Below are positions 12,651-26,437 of a stretch of DNA of 64,000 bases, piece after piece. Every line of letters begins with the position of its first letter. Within the stretch, counting starts at the first letter, position 1. The translations under genes and the position numbers were made by a program. The notes under the pieces are model-generated. The model was given only the letters and a program-made list of their open reading frames with translations, was not told where the DNA came from and ran no database searches. Origin of the DNA: Haliotis rubra (Eukaryota); NCBI RefSeq assembly GCF_003918875.1, contig NW_025767427.1, positions 186,001 to 250,000 on the forward strand. The letters are read 5' to 3'.

Positions 12651-13105
12651 GCAGTCTCTAAGGGACAGCCATGTGTTCGAGAACAGATGGAGACGGCACA
12701 GCACAGGTTAATGAATAAATAACTTTGTCTGTGAACGTGCTTCTCGAACACCTGGCTGTCCCTTTCTCTGCACTCCTCCCTCGTAACAAACAGTGAACTG
12801 TGTCAATATTTTAATGATAGTTTGTTAAACAACTTTATTATTTTTATGACAAAAAATCTGCAAAAACCTCACAGAGTGGGTATGATGTTTTGATCATGAT
12901 CAGCGTTTCATTGAGTATGTTATGTTTATTAGTTTTCGAGTTAGATTGCAATTCATCGGTCCGCTTTTGAGCCAAACGGACTATAGGAGAGGGTCATTAT
13001 TGTCAGTACACTTCTGCATCAAAATCCTCCCTCCCTTACTCCTTAAGAAATGACTGGTCCCTAAGTCATGGCAGTGACTGTCCACTATTTCCAAACAGTT
13101 CTTAC

Positions 13106-14245
13106 CTTGCCCTTCCTTTCTTGCCTTTCTTCATCCCCGTCAAAGCATCCGATGCATTGTCTGGCTTTCCTGCTACCTCATCCAGGATAGGCTGAGGCAC
13201 TGTCATATTGGCACATGCTTGGATCCCCTCAGTTGTTTCACTGACATTGTTCTTAAGTATTTCAGGCATACTTGGTGTGACAATTATTGTCGAATCTTGC
13301 ATACTTGTCTCCATAGTAACAGGCACAGTGTTACTGACGTCCTTGTTGACTAGCTCAACCGACTGAAGCAACTTCTGTTTCCTGCCCTGAAGAGTTGGAA
13401 CAGGAGTCTCCTCTGCTGCCCCTCTGTCCATGGAGTCCATGTCTAGACCCAAGTTATCACCTGCCTCAGACATCTCCAGCAATATGTCTGAAGCACCCAA
13501 AGGTTGTTTCCACTTTGTAGCAGTGTAACCAGGTTTCACATCATTAAAACTTATGGATTTCTCAACCTTCTGTCCAACTTTGCCTTTTCTGATGGACTCT
13601 TTCTTGGCAGCGTTTCTTGCCTGAAATCTGCCTTTTGGTCCTGCCTTAACAACTGGTCCAACAACTTCCTCCTCCTCATCATCATCAGTAGTCATCAGTA
13701 GCATCATCATCATCATCATCTTCCCACACATCCTCAACAACCTTCGGGGCAGTTGCTCCTCTGGTGCCATATCTATGCCCCACAGTTTTTGAGATGGTTC
13801 CTGTCAGTTTTTTCTTTTGACCCCGCTTGAGTCGGACCCTTTTGGCTGTTTGAAAAGGGGATTTAGCAATCTCAGACATTGCCTTGAAGTAACTCTCTTC
13901 TGTCCCCACATTTTGATCCTTCTTAGAATTCTTATTTGCATTTTCAAAGGACACCTTCAGCTTTGGCCAGCTTCCAACATTTGTGGACATATTGTGCTTA
14001 ATCATGATACCATAGCATAGATGTTCCAGATTATGGATTTCAAATATTTTGGATAACACTTTTATCTCCTTGACTAATCCAAGGTTAACTTTGACCTTGC
14101 CAAGGTACAGGAATGTCACAAACACTTTCAGGGTAGATTCAGAGATGTGCACCGGAACAATGATGTTTGAAAACCTAGAGTCGACACCTTCTGAGAGGAG
14201 GCTTGCAAACCGCTCACTCGACATGGCAAGCACCAGCTTGTGCAG
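13106..14245 (-). CDS. ZBTB-like copy A, coding exon 2: C-terminal BTB half (LHKLVLAMSSERF..FLYLG) plus acidic/basic linker; one frameshift at ~13690
   Basis: Acceptor TTTTCAG|CTG, donor AG|GTAAG; two overlapping ORFs equal the single ORF of copy B (35001-36142). Confidence 0.88.
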
Positions 14246-15067
14246 CTGAAAACAGGCATAATGGCTTACAGTCAGTCTTCATTATGAGGGAATACGACTG
14301 CAGTTATTTGTCATTTGACAATAGTGAAAGTTTGTTTTGTTTATTGTTCTACACCACACTCGAGATATATGACAGTCTGTAAACAATTGTGTCTGGATCA
14401 GACAATCCAGAGACTGACATCAAGAGCATCGATCTCTTCAATTTGGATATGATGACATGCATCGCCTGACCACCTAATCTCATCAGTTGCCACTTACGAC
14501 AGGCAGCTTGCTGATCAATTGTAACCAAGATCTACATAGGACTAATTGTTATAATAGCTGTCTGCTATTTGATGTGGTGGGTTGCAAAGAAATAGTAGAG
14601 AAAAATATAGCAATGTTGCATGGGTCTGAGGTCCATGGTTTAATAATACCTATTTTTCAAATCTTGCCATATTCACTAAGAACAAGTTATAACTTCTTTT
14701 CATCCATCATATTTATACATATTTAGTTGCTTTGCTTGTTCTCAGTTTATTTTTCAATGCTCATTATGTGTGCATGAGTGTGAGGGTATGTGTGTATGTA
14801 TGCATGTGTGTACGTATCACAAAGGGGCATCAAATATTGTGGTACATTTAGGTTATACGATTTTTTCCAATTATTTTATTTTTTAACCGGTTCAGTGAAG
14901 AGTGAGGTTAAGCCAGTTTATATAATTATGTTGTAAAGGAATAGAACTTTTATCCTGTTTTCATGAAATTTACCTTTTCATGGTCCATTTCAGAACACAA
15001 ACTGTGGTTTCAATCATCATGATTGGATGAACGAATTACTAAAGAATGATTCTATTGAAGTTTTTAC

Positions 15068-15962
15068 CTTGATAGTAAACTTTCCAGTAGAGATTGAAGC
15101 ATCACACAGTTTGTGCTCAGTCATCAAGTGGAACAGCAACAGCCGCGTCTGATCGCCCCACTCCTGGTCATACAGCTCCACCTCCTCTGCAGGATTGATT
15201 CTCACTGGTCGCTGTGTTGTCTTCGCCTTCTCAGCTATCTTCTTGGCAGGAACGTTGACAACCATCTTCATCTGGGTGTCCTCCACACAGGTGGGCGGGG
15301 ACATCATGACTGTGTTGGCCATGTTGTGGGAGCTGTACTGAGTCTGCTGGTGCTTCAGCATCACCCGGCCATACTCCGTCATTTCTGTTTTGGATGGCAG
15401 GGGAACATCTTTAGCAGTGTCTTGACTCATTAAGTGAGTGTTACTTTCGAAAAGCGGTAAGCTGTCACTGATACTTTTTTGGAAGATGTCTATAAGCAGT
15501 CTCTGCTTGATGTTGATGAAGAGTTTGTTGTGGAAGAGACTTAGCCATCTCCTCATCTAGAACGACAGTGTGTACAATCTCCAAACCTTTACTTCTAAGC
15601 AGCTCATAGTTCCTTCTGTCAGTGTCAATGGATCGAGAAAAGCCTCCAGGGTCTTCACAGCTCTTATCCAGACCGGAATCAACGGAATATGTAAATTTAT
15701 CTGTTCCAGGATCTGTCTGAACAAGAGCAGACTGTAGGTATGCTTGCTGGACAATATCAGTGACCTGAGCTTCGTACACTGCTTGTGATCCTGTGTTGGT
15801 AACGAACCCTCCATACTGCCCATCTTCCGCGGCATGGGCTTGAGACCAAGCAACCAGCTGGGAGGGATGGGTCATCCCGATGTCGGGGATGGTACTCTGA
15901 AGGTCGGCGGATGACACATCGTTCACCCCGTGGTCCTGACCGTCACCTGGGTAGTCATCCAT
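15068..15962 (-). CDS. ZBTB-like copy A, first coding exon (MDDYPG.. to BTB start ..LCDASISTGKFTIK); +1 frameshift in the T-run at 15475-15480
   Basis: Acceptor TGTTGCAG| (exon starts 15986), ATG 15962, donor AAG|GTAAAA, phase 0. Confidence 0.85.
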
Positions 15963-16849
15963 TCCTACCAGTCTTGTACTGACACCCTGCAACATAAAAC
16001 AGCCCATGGAAACCACAGAAATAGAGTGAGTGAGTGAGTGAGTGGGTTGATGCCAGTGATTGAGTGAGTATTGAGCAAGAAGTGAAGAGGAGTGACCAGA
16101 GTGAGGAGTGAAACATTGAAGTGGTTTTACCACATTTAGCAATATTCCAGCAAGAACAAAGAGGTGACACCAGAATTTGGCTTCAAACCATTGACTGACT
16201 GACTGAGTTTAGTTTACAGCTTTTAGCAATATTCAAGCTACATCAAGCGGGGACAAAAAATGGGCTTATCAAATTGTACCCAGGGATTTGTTCTTCCTGA
16301 AGATGCCATATCTTTAACCACTGGGCTAAGATAACTTGCTCAAAACATTGAAACCATGTTGGGAATTGAATACGGGTCTTCAGCGTGATAGGCGATCGCT
16401 TTAACCACACTAGTCTTTGATTGGTGTATAAACATGTAATTGTCAGCCAAATAGTAGTAAAAGGCAAGTACTTTTATTTATGCTGCATCTTTTCCATCCT
16501 GTGCTTGGACCAACCTCAGCATCATGCATAACAATGAATTGAAAATTGCCTACTGGGAATCAAGAACAGTTCAGACTACCAATGACATTGACAAGCAAGT
16601 AAACTCAAACTTTAAACTCAAATTTTATCCTCAGCAGATTTCAATCACAGATTTTCATTATAGACTTTTTTTTCAAACTTACATTATACTATAACAATAG
16701 TGTTTCATAACAATAGTGTTTCGGAGTTGCTTAACATTGGTTACCATGGTTACAACAAAACCCATAAAGAATCTCTTATAAATCTCAATGTTTCCATTCA
16801 GTGTTAACCTTTTACACTGACATTCTACTCATGCCTTTCCAGTATTAAA

Positions 16850-17290
16850 AAATAAATTTGCTATTTGCTCTTTTCCTATGGATTTGGATTTGTTGGCTGT
16901 CACAAACTTGGAAATCGTGTAAGTTTTATCGGAATCTTTAAAATGCATTAAGTGGATGTTTTTAAACAAACCTGAAGATCTGATCTTGACAAAAGCAAAA
17001 AATACCTTTTAGAAATTGCAGATTATAAATTACGTAGATATTTAGTTAGATTCAGAGCTGGATTACTAAGGTTAAAATTTAATGAAGGACGATGGTGTAA
17101 AATTAACACAAATCTGAGAACATGTCCTATTTGTATGGAGGTCTAGAAGACGAATACAACTGTGCTTTCAATTGTCCTAGATTTGATGACTTACGTCGTA
17201 AATATTTACCAAGTGACTTCAAAAAATACTAGTATGCATAACCATAAGAAACTACTTTTAACAAATAACGTACATAGACTGAAAATCCTC
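16850..17290 (+). mobile_element. Degenerate 3' fragment of a LINE ORF2
   Basis: YGFG motif and RTCPIC..EDEY..CPRFDDLRRKYL zinc-knuckle remnant; absent from copy B. Confidence 0.6.
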
Positions 17291-17889
17291 AGCAATTGAA
17301 CAATGTAAAGTTACTATATTTATATGGGATAATATAAGAAACTAACGGATTGTTATCCAAATTTTACTAAACATGTTTTTCATATATTTGGATATGATAT
17401 AGTCCAATAAAAAGTTATAAACTTGTGACAATGTCCTAGCTATTCCTATTTATCTCTGGTAAAAACACTTTAAATATGATAGCTAACACACTAATTTAGA
17501 AACAAATTATTGTATTTTTGCACAGAATTTAATAGTATAATTCATTTGGTTCTTTAAATTTCAATATATTTAAATAACATAAACCTTACTATATCTGTAA
17601 ACGATGTTAATTGTTCAAGACATAATTAATTAAGAATTGACTCAAAATGTAACATAGTTATCGAGTTTAATTTTTTTTATTTCAATAAATAATTCATTAT
17701 CTAGTACTAACCTAAACTTTTTCCTGGATTACTTTTTTCAAAATGTTTCAGAGATGTATCTATCTGTCAAAAAAATCAGTACATTATACAGATACAAAGG
17801 TCACTAAATAATAACCCAAGGTACTTTTACAAAATGAAAAAAACATTTCCAATACATGTGCAGAGTGCAAACATTGTCAGTTAGCTTTG

Positions 17890-18620
17890 AGATGTCCCGT
17901 TATAACAACATCTCAATCTGGGTCAGCGGTTTCGAAAGCTTCCCGACCATTCTATACTTCGTATCAGATAAGTCACGATCCCCTAAGTTTCGCGACTGAA
18001 AACAAGCTTTTTAATTTGTTTTGGACATTGTCATGGTTTCATCTGCAAACTACGCGACACAACCCATCGATTTACACAATTTCCAGATGCCACAAGTCCT
18101 ATAATCTCTTCCAGTTCGACATTATACGTTTCTGTTTGCGCGAGGCGCAGGCAAATTATCTGATATGGCGGCCATTTTTAGTGAAGCTGAGCCTAACCCC
18201 GTTATAAAAACCTTCATACTTGACTTTAGGCATGATTAAAATAATATATCGCATAGTCTCGTGAATAAAATCAACAATCTGCTTTACCGATCCAGATTCT
18301 TGATCTTGCCCAGTATGTTATAATGCTGATTTTGATGACGTTTTAACACGCATCGCTTCGTTGTCCAGAACAGACTTCAGTAATGTGACCTTGACTGAGA
18401 GTTTGCAGCAATTTGATTGGCTTATTTGTGAATACATCAGTTTTTACATCCAGTCTCTCAGGTGCTCGACATTGAGTATTCATTGATTATTTGGCCAAAC
18501 TACGGAATGTGAATGTACCCTCTTTAGATATAATAATAGCAGCTCAAATCATAAGTATCATATGTGTCTACATAAGTAACATTGTTAGAGTTTGAATAAA
18601 TGTGGTAAATTATGTTTCGG
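17890..18620 (-). promoter_or_regulatory. Promoter and non-coding exon 1 of ZBTB-like copy A
   Basis: CpG-richer block conserved in copy B; donor CG|GTAAAG at 18288; CCAAT 18416-18420; TCAAGGTCA 18386-18394; YY1-like ATGGCGGCCATTTT 18165-18178. Confidence 0.6.
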
Positions 18621-18954
18621 CACTTGAGTTACTTTTTATGATTATTTAACTTTCAAGTTAAGTGGTTATATTTTCGGAAAAAGTAAAATTTCACCAAATT
18701 AGCTGGTTAACTACAACTCGGACAAATTATCCTTATTTCAGTGTGATTTTTAACGAACGTCAATCTTGGTAATTCTGCTTCTGGAAGGGGATCATTGCTT
18801 GGGGGCTACAGCTTTTGGGTATGTATGTTGAATATGCCTCATTAGCATAATGGTAAACAGTAAAATTCGCCCTCCCCTCCAGGCTGCGTTTTTGACAGAT
18901 CTTCAGCAATTTTAGTTATTAGATATTACAAAACTATACGATCAGCATAATATA

Positions 18955-19388
18955 TACTACCCATCAAAAGTTTAGACTCACCTAAAGCACTCACTATATC
19001 AATATGTTATGCATATAGATACGGTTAAATCGAAGATGACTTTCTCCACTAACTAGGGACAACCAACTGCAAACCATATGCAGATGAATTGTCCGAGGAC
19101 CGTGCATCAAATTGCTGAAAAGCATGTGCAAATATCGTGGATGTGAACAGCTGCGTTTTAGTGTAAAGTTTGGTTAAGAATTCTTCAATTTTCACAGAGT
19201 TTCATCATTTATTGAACCTATGGCCATAACGTTTTCAACGTTACGAATTTGTTTTACAATACATCAGTTCATGTGTAAACAGCACCTTTAAACAGTGTGG
19301 AGTATTTTGCAAAATCTAGTTCAGAACAGTTGCCTGAAGTAAGTGGCTACATTTACACTAGTGAGTCTAAACTTTTGATGGGTAGCAT
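18955..19388. mobile_element. Tc1/mariner-type MITE
   Basis: 25-bp TIR CTACCCATCAAAAGTTTAGACTCAC, TA-rich flanks; absent from copy B. Confidence 0.85.
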
Positions 19389-19729
19389 ATTTCATGCATG
19401 CAGGATTCAAATAGTACTAGAACAACTATTCTGGCACTCTGTCTATGCTGCACCTGTCGGTTCTACATTGCTACGCTATGATCTCGTCCGTTACCCCTTC
19501 AATAATGATCATGAAATTAAACCAACAATAAGTCATACCTGCTTGGGTTGGTCAGCCTGGTGAGGTCACATTGTCACTGTCACGTTGGTCATAGTTGTTG
19601 TAAGCATATCCGCTTTTAAGGACACATCTACTGAATGCACTGTCATGAAAGGGAAGCATATTTTTCTTGAATTTACAATCACCTTGCATTCCTGAAGCGA
19701 TCGCCTTGGTAAAGAATTGTCGTAAATAT

Positions 19730-19891
19730 NNNNNNNNNNNNNNNNNNNNNNNNNNNNNNNNNNNNNNNNNNNNNNNNNNNNNNNNNNNNNNNNNNNNNNN
19801 NNNNNNNNNNNNNNNNNNNNNNNNNNNNNNNNNNNNNNNNNNNNNNNNNNNNNNNNNNNNNNNNNNNNNNNNNNNNNNNNNNNNNNNNNNN
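19730..19891. other. Assembly gap
   Basis: Run of N. Confidence 1.
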
Positions 19892-20589
19892 ATTTTTTCA
19901 TCAGTAACCCGTGTTTGTCCCAGAGACCATGTGCCATCCTATCCCGGTTGCGAAGATCGATGATTATGATGTCAATCATAAAATTGTCTGATCCAGACTC
20001 GATTATTTATAGCTAGAATACTGCTGGGAACGTCGTTAAACAACAAACAAATTTCATGTTCTCTTTGTGTAAGCTTTAATTGTGGTATAATGTGGTCTCG
20101 TGGCTATAGGCTGAGATAGTGCCGATGCTGCATTAGAATTTACTCATTTCATTTGGTTGGTCGTCTTGTTTCGTAAGATTGACATTTAGTCCCAGAAATA
20201 TTGTTATCACATTTAAAAATATGATTAAAAATATTTACTAGTATCTACAAAACACATAAAAATAGGGCCCATAGCAAACCTAAATTCCAGGGACTGATGC
20301 AAACTAGTCTTGCCAAATCATTCTAAACTTGAGTAGGCCTTCGACTCCATTTTAATCTATTATCAATGTGTAGGAGAAAGACTACTACTGTTTCGTCGCA
20401 GTATTATATAAGTGCTGATAAATGTTAACTATTTCTCAAAAGCCCGTTGTGATCGTGCGGTCTAGTGTTTTTTTGTATACTGCCATTATCTTCTTATATC
20501 AAAGTGGAACAAACTTCCAAGAAAGGTCAAGCCAATATATTTTTAGATCTGAGCATTACAGTCAAAACATTGCCCAATTACACTTACGG

Positions 20590-20635
20590 AGTATTTGACA
20601 ACGGTTTAAGCATCTATATACCGAAACGGCGCATC
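20590..20635 (+). ncRNA. Degenerate Penelope-type minimal hammerhead ribozyme motif (U3-A8 core; cleavage triplet mutated to GGC)
   Basis: TTGACAA-C-GGT..ACC-GAAAC-GGC; paralog of 43191. Confidence 0.5.
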
Positions 20636-21092
20636 ATAATAAATAATATTAATTTAAATATGCTCTCAGCTATAAAGTATCTTGCCCTTTTATTTCTTCA
20701 ACACACACCCCACCCACCCCCGTTACTGATTAACAACTTTTTAAAGGCTTTTTAGAATACGGAAAGGGATTCACGAATGCAGCTATATCAAATAAGCACT
20801 AATAGTGTTGAATGGTTCATTGATCCATGACAAATCCTGACAATTCCCTAACTCTGCATTTCACACCTGACCAATACATTTAAGCTGATAAATACTAGTA
20901 GCCTCAACAGCTAATCTATTTACAAGGGGGTGAACCCCAACCATTCAGGATAGGGGGGTGGGGATCGGGGTGTTGTCTGCATTATTGTTTACAAAAAAGT
21001 ATATCTACAAAACACATCAAAATGAGGCCCATAACAATCCCCACCCCACCCTTAGATCCACCTATGCCAGGTGTCAGATAGCTTAAATTATA

Positions 21093-22590
21093 CAGTCAGT
21101 GGCCAAAAGTGAGTTCGCGCACGATTTTAAGCACACTATATAACTTCTGTGTAGATTGAAATGGTACTCACGTCTATCGATAATCTCCCCGACGTTCCGA
21201 GTCAGATCGACTTGGTTTCTGATTTCATGAACTCGTCTTTTCAGAGAATGTTTCAGAGTTTTCCACACATCATCTATCACATTCAAGTATGCGCTTTGAG
21301 CAGGCCATGGCAAAGTACGAGTTCCATAGTCATTTTTCCACTCCATTAGCGAAACATGGCTAGCGTTGTCATCTTGGAACATCCACGGTCTTCTGTGAAA
21401 TGTCTAGTTAGGGACCGTTCATAATTTATGGCTTGGGGGTGGGGTGGGGTGGGGTAATGATGACGGGGGTTCCACCCATTTTTGTTCTCGGTGGTAGGAG
21501 GGTCAACAATTTTGTACATAAAATATTTAAATATGTTTAAAAATTATGAGAAGGGGGAGGGGGGTCACTGATTTCATACATGATATGAAAGGGGGGGTTA
21601 CTTACTTTGTACGTTAATTTTAGGGGGGTCATCTACATTGTACACGCTTCTGCATAAAATCATCATTCCCTCCTCCTCTCTCTTCCCCCAAAAAAATTAT
21701 GAACGGCCCCTTATGACAGGCCACAGGTTTGCATCAAGAATGCCATTATACTTATTTGTGTTCATGTTTCCATCGATAAATGCGATTATTCCAACACCAT
21801 GATATGCTAATTGCTATGCATCTCCAGCACATCGCCGATATCACATTCCGGTTGTCATGGTCGGTGCGAACACCTAAACATTCGGGGAGTAGTCTCTCAT
21901 TTCTCTTCCTTCAAACAAAAACCTTCTGATCCCTTCCGATTTGTACTTGAGTAACACAATTATCTCTCACCCGTTTGCAGTTTGGTGCGGCAAAATCGAA
22001 GTCGACGCTCTCTGTTCACAGGTGATAATGTTCTTGGAAACTTGTCTTCGCTAATAACCCTGGGCGAATGATTGTCCTCGAACAGTTCTAGAAGACACTG
22101 TTTGAGGAATTTGTGTATTTAAAATGTCAGGAATGTTCTTTAAATTACTCCGCCGATTCCGTTTCACAAGACGAAACAAGTCCTGTCACTTCGATGTGAT
22201 GATTTTTTCGGCAGTCCGCTTCTCGATCGATTTTCACTAGAGACAGTGTCACGAAAACGTTTTAAAAAATTCTTGGTTGTTCTAGTGTTAATGCCGATAG
22301 TTTCGGTAATCTTATAGCAAGGTTTACCTTGCTGAGAGAGAGAAACAATTACTTGTTTCTGATCGGGGGCAACTTCACGGCCGTGGGCACGCATCGCGTA
22401 GCAGACGATAAAAATGTAAACAAAGGGGAGTAACTGCTTCTACCGGTGTTAGCCTGAATTTGCACCCTGTGAAATATGACTATACTTTCATGACGAGTTA
22501 TGTCCAATACAGAGACAAGACACATTTAATTATACCTGACGGCCTGCACACCTTTCAGCGCAGACAGTTTTGCGAACTCACTTTTCGCCC
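21093..22590 (-). mobile_element. Degenerate Tc1-like transposon
   Basis: FQDDNA..WPAQS..LNVIDDVW and paired-like HTH (..RSRSGLPKK) fragments; TIR CCAAAAGTGAGTTCGC / GCGAACTCACTTTT. Confidence 0.85.
21411..21710. mobile_element. PIF/Harbinger (Tourist-like) MITE nested in the Tc1 element
   Basis: TIR GGG(A/G)CCGTTCATAATTT, TTA TSD; the same end recurs at ~47709. Confidence 0.85.
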
Positions 22591-22864
22591 AGTTGTCAGA
22601 CAGCTTGTACCAGAATCAGTTAAGTTTGGTGAGGCCACCTGTTTTTACCTGTCACTTAACTACCTATTGTTACCTTTTCACCCAAGTAGAATAGACCATG
22701 AAACACAAATTTGAAAGATTCAAAGGATAGGTTTATGATGCACATCTTACCATCAAGTCACACAAAATATCACATATCTTGAAGTACTTAGACGATATGT
22801 TTCTTGAAATCACTGTTAAATCACAGTTAAATTGTAGCTTCTTCTGACTCGTTTCATCAAAGAG

Positions 22865-23052
22865 TTAGTGAGTTTAGTTTTACGCTGCACTCAGCAATAT
22901 TCCAGCTATATGGCGGCGGTCTGTAAATATTCGAGTCTCTATCCGACAGTCCAGTGATCAACAACATGAGCATTGATCTACACAATAGGGATACGAAGTT
23001 GTGTGTCAACCAAGTCTGACCATACAATCCCATTAGTCGCCTCTTACGACAA
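22865..23052 (-). mobile_element. SINE-like element, family 2
   Basis: Matches family 2; interrupted by a family 1 SINE. Confidence 0.8.
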
Positions 23053-23053
23053 C

Positions 23054-23224
23054 GGGGCGGTGGGGTAGCCTAGTGGTTAAAGCATTGGTTCGTCACGCCG
23101 AAGACCCGGGTTCGAATCCCCACACGGGTACTATGTGTGAAGCCCATTTCTGGTGTCCCCCGCCGTGATGTTGCTGGAATATTGCTTAAAGCGGCGTAAA
23201 ACCAAACTCAGTCAGTCAGTCAGT
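23054..23224 (+). mobile_element. tRNA-derived SINE, family 1
   Basis: Near-consensus copy; TSD tcttacgacaac. Confidence 0.9.
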
Positions 23225-24399
23225 CTTACGACAACATGAGCATCGATCTACACAATAGGGATTAACGGCGTTAAACAACAAACTAACCAGCCATCATATG
23301 CTATCATAAATCTCGAAACCTGAATACTGTGCCGAGTCCTTGAAACCCCTTGACATCATGTACAGAATACAGGATGTCCCAACTGACTAAAATACCATAC
23401 CCCTGGGGCTAGGGGGTTTTCTAAACAAGAACTGGCAGTTTTGGAGTAGCTAAATTGTTTAAGTGATTGCACATTAGACTTCTGATTGGGGTTCAGTTCC
23501 CCACATTTGCTAAACTGTTTCAAGCCGAATCTCCCGCTTTGTAATATGGACAAAATAGTGCACAAAACTATCATCTAATCACTGGAAGGCAACTGTTGCC
23601 AGCCTCACAATTGCTGTGCAGAATTACATACCTTTACCTGAACAGGATCTGCTGGATCTGGATGGGACAGACTCCACCCAATGGGATCCTTAATATTTCA
23701 GTAGTGAATGTGTGTGCTGGTTTTACTGCCACTTTTAATGGTATCCTGGGAATAAATCACCTTCATGTTCAAGTAAAGACCAAAGTGATGCATGTCTTAG
23801 AATTTGGTGAAGCCTACCAGGAAGAGAATGGTGATGACAAATCAATGAACAATTCAAATCCATGACGACAGGTTCCTGGTGTGTCCAAGAGAAGGTACTG
23901 GCTAAACCATACTACAATACTAAAAGGCCAACCCCCTGTAGATCCTGGTTAGAACTGGTGTTCAGGAACCCATGGTAATCGTAAAAGGCGACAAGGATCA
24001 GGTGGTGCAATAAAAATTAAGCAGAACTTAATGCCCAAATGGACAGTTAGAGGTTGACTCTACATCACACTGACATCTCACCTTGTGCCACAGACAATGA
24101 AACACAGGACACAGAATAAATGCAGTGAATTTAATTTGTAAATCACATAAACAAGGTCAACATTCCATGCAAAAAATTGGTGACTGCCCAACTCATGTAC
24201 AATTCATTTGGCAGTCAATAGTCTCACATGCAGGTATACTATTGGGAATACTTGGAAATAACATGAAAAAAAATCCCAAACACTGGACTAACAGGTCAAA
24301 AGCTAACACTATGGTATGTAGCTTACCTTGATTGTGAACGTTGCCTTGGAGATGGTTAATGGAAGACTGAATGACACACACCTGGGGATGTCATTCAGA

Positions 24400-24630
24400 T
24401 TTTGGTTGGTTGGTTTGTTGTTTAACGCGGAACTCAACAATATTCCAGCTATATGGCGGTGGTCTGTAAATAATCAAGTCTCGATTCGACAAGCCAGTGA
24501 TCAACAACATGAGCATCGATCTACACAAAAGGGATACGAAGGCTTGTGTCAACCAAGTCAGCGAGTCTGACCATACGCTCCCATTAGTCGCCTCTTACGA
24601 CAAGCATGGGTTCCTGAAAACCAATTCTTA
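24400..24630 (-). mobile_element. SINE-like element, family 2
   Basis: Matches family 2 with (AACC)n tail. Confidence 0.8.
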
Positions 24631-25110
24631 GAAGCATAACAATGAATGTTTCTTAAGTGTATGAAAACAAGTAATACAAGGCCATTTCTAGCTTGTAATG
24701 GTCTCCAGAGTAACTATGGCAACAAGTTTGTTTGTACTTGGACATCCTATCCTAATAAGACAAACAGCTATGACTTCTTGATGAAATATCATGAGTTTTT
24801 TCCTTGAGTTATTTTGTTGCTCAATTCTGTCTCTTCATTAAGTATCTGAGCAACTTGGGCAGATATTGTTTGAGAGGGATACTCATACAGCAGCCCTCTT
24901 CACTATATAGTGAGATGTGAGTCTCATTAAAGATCTGAGTCTCACTACAGAACCATCTCACCACATTTCAGAGTCTCACTATCTATCATCTAAAGATTTG
25001 AGTCTCGCCACATATCTGAGTCTGACTATAAATCAGAGTCTCCCTAAGGCCAAATCACCGCCAAAACGTAAATAAATGGTTTTGCAAAAACACAAACATC
25101 ATCTAAATGA

Positions 25111-25329
25111 ACAACAGGGACAGTCTATGGATATACAAATTCTTTATTTTTTATAAATATTCTACCATGTATATATAGCTTTGTCTACAATATTGTTCAC
25201 CACTTGCTTGATGATGGTGTTAGTAGCTACACCAAAACGTCGCTCATATTAATAATAAAGAAGTTGTATAACCATAGAACCCTCCTGGTTGTTCAAAACA
25301 CCAACTTCTAAATGCCACTCAAAGAAGTT
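25111..25329 (+). mobile_element. Penelope-like pseudo-LTR fragment with hammerhead motif and inverted partial copy
   Basis: 13-bp TSD atcatctaaatga; ~40-bp inverted repeat; TTGATGA-T-GGTG..CACC-aAAAC-GTC; 3' end CCAACTTCTAAATGCCACTCAAAGAAG shared with 51510-51537. Confidence 0.65.
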
Positions 25330-26437
25330 ATCATCTAAATGATCTGTGGACCTTCCACACAAATGTAAAGATCCATCTCTACCTCAATTCCATATGAGAT
25401 AAACAACATGGCTGACAACATCCTCCTTACAACTTATTATGACATTGCACCAAGTCATTATTGCTTATCAAACATACACATACAGATATGATTCGGATAA
25501 TAATAAAACTAGCATTTTATGTCTACTGAAAGACCAATAAGAACTGTGGCACCAAAATGTACAAACACTGATACCAAGTGTTCAGCCTCAACAATTTTAT
25601 TTTCCAGGAGAAAAAGCTGAAAAGTGAAGATGCTAATGACTTAATGTACGACAATGGACGAAGTAAAGTGAGGTGATTTAACAAATGACGATGTTAAACA
25701 CCTGATGATGTTTAACTCTTTAACATCTAAATTTGCTGCTTAACATCTAAACATGCTATATATATTTTGAAAATGAGCAACTTATCCTAACTTCAAAGTG
25801 ATCCCAACCAAACTGGTAAGATGAATGACCTTTTCGCAGCATAGGGATAGCCTTGAGGGTAAACTGTTCATTTGTCATGCCATTGGCCTGGGTTTGATTC
25901 CCTATATGAGCACCATGTAAGAAGCATTGGTGTCCCAAAAAGTAACATAACTGTAATATAGCTATAAGAGTTAAAACCCATAATCATGCAAGCAGAAACC
26001 ATCACATGACAACCAATCAATATCTTTCTATATTTCATATACCAGTATCTTATTGCAAGGTTGTTTAGAATACTTGTCCCTTTAAACACACACTCAGTTA
26101 TTCTGGAAATATATGCATCCAGTTTAGAACCTACACATATAAAATACAGGATTACGGGGACAGGTTCCATAAAATCATTTTGTGATAAACATGGTCGTTC
26201 CAACTATATCGTGGCAGGGGACACCAGAACTGGGCTTCATACATTGCTACAAATGTGGACAATTGAACCCATTCTTTTGGCATGGCTGGGGAATGACTAC
26301 TCAGCCACTCCTGTTTTCATGAGTTTTGAGACAGGGATGCAAAGTGGTAATAGCAAAACATTGCAAGTTGAGTGTTGTTACATAATGTTCAGTGTTGTAC
26401 ATCAATCATGAACAAAAAGTGGAATTTGATTACCATA

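Larger units (their letters stand above)
2298..22850. repeat. Segmental duplication, copy A
   Basis: Colinear with 24022-45195 (e.g. 2300-2480 ~ 24022-24180; 17890-18620 ~ 40685-41400; 22725-22850 ~ 44018-44123 plus 45183-45195). Confidence 0.9.

Noticed and set aside
15465-15490. Programmed ribosomal frameshift at the A-run
   Set aside because: The two paralogs would need opposite shifts; homopolymer error is simpler
19730-19891. Gap as the junction of a false haplotypic duplication
   Set aside because: Sequence right of the gap continues copy A for ~3 kb before copy B starts; not fully excluded without read depth
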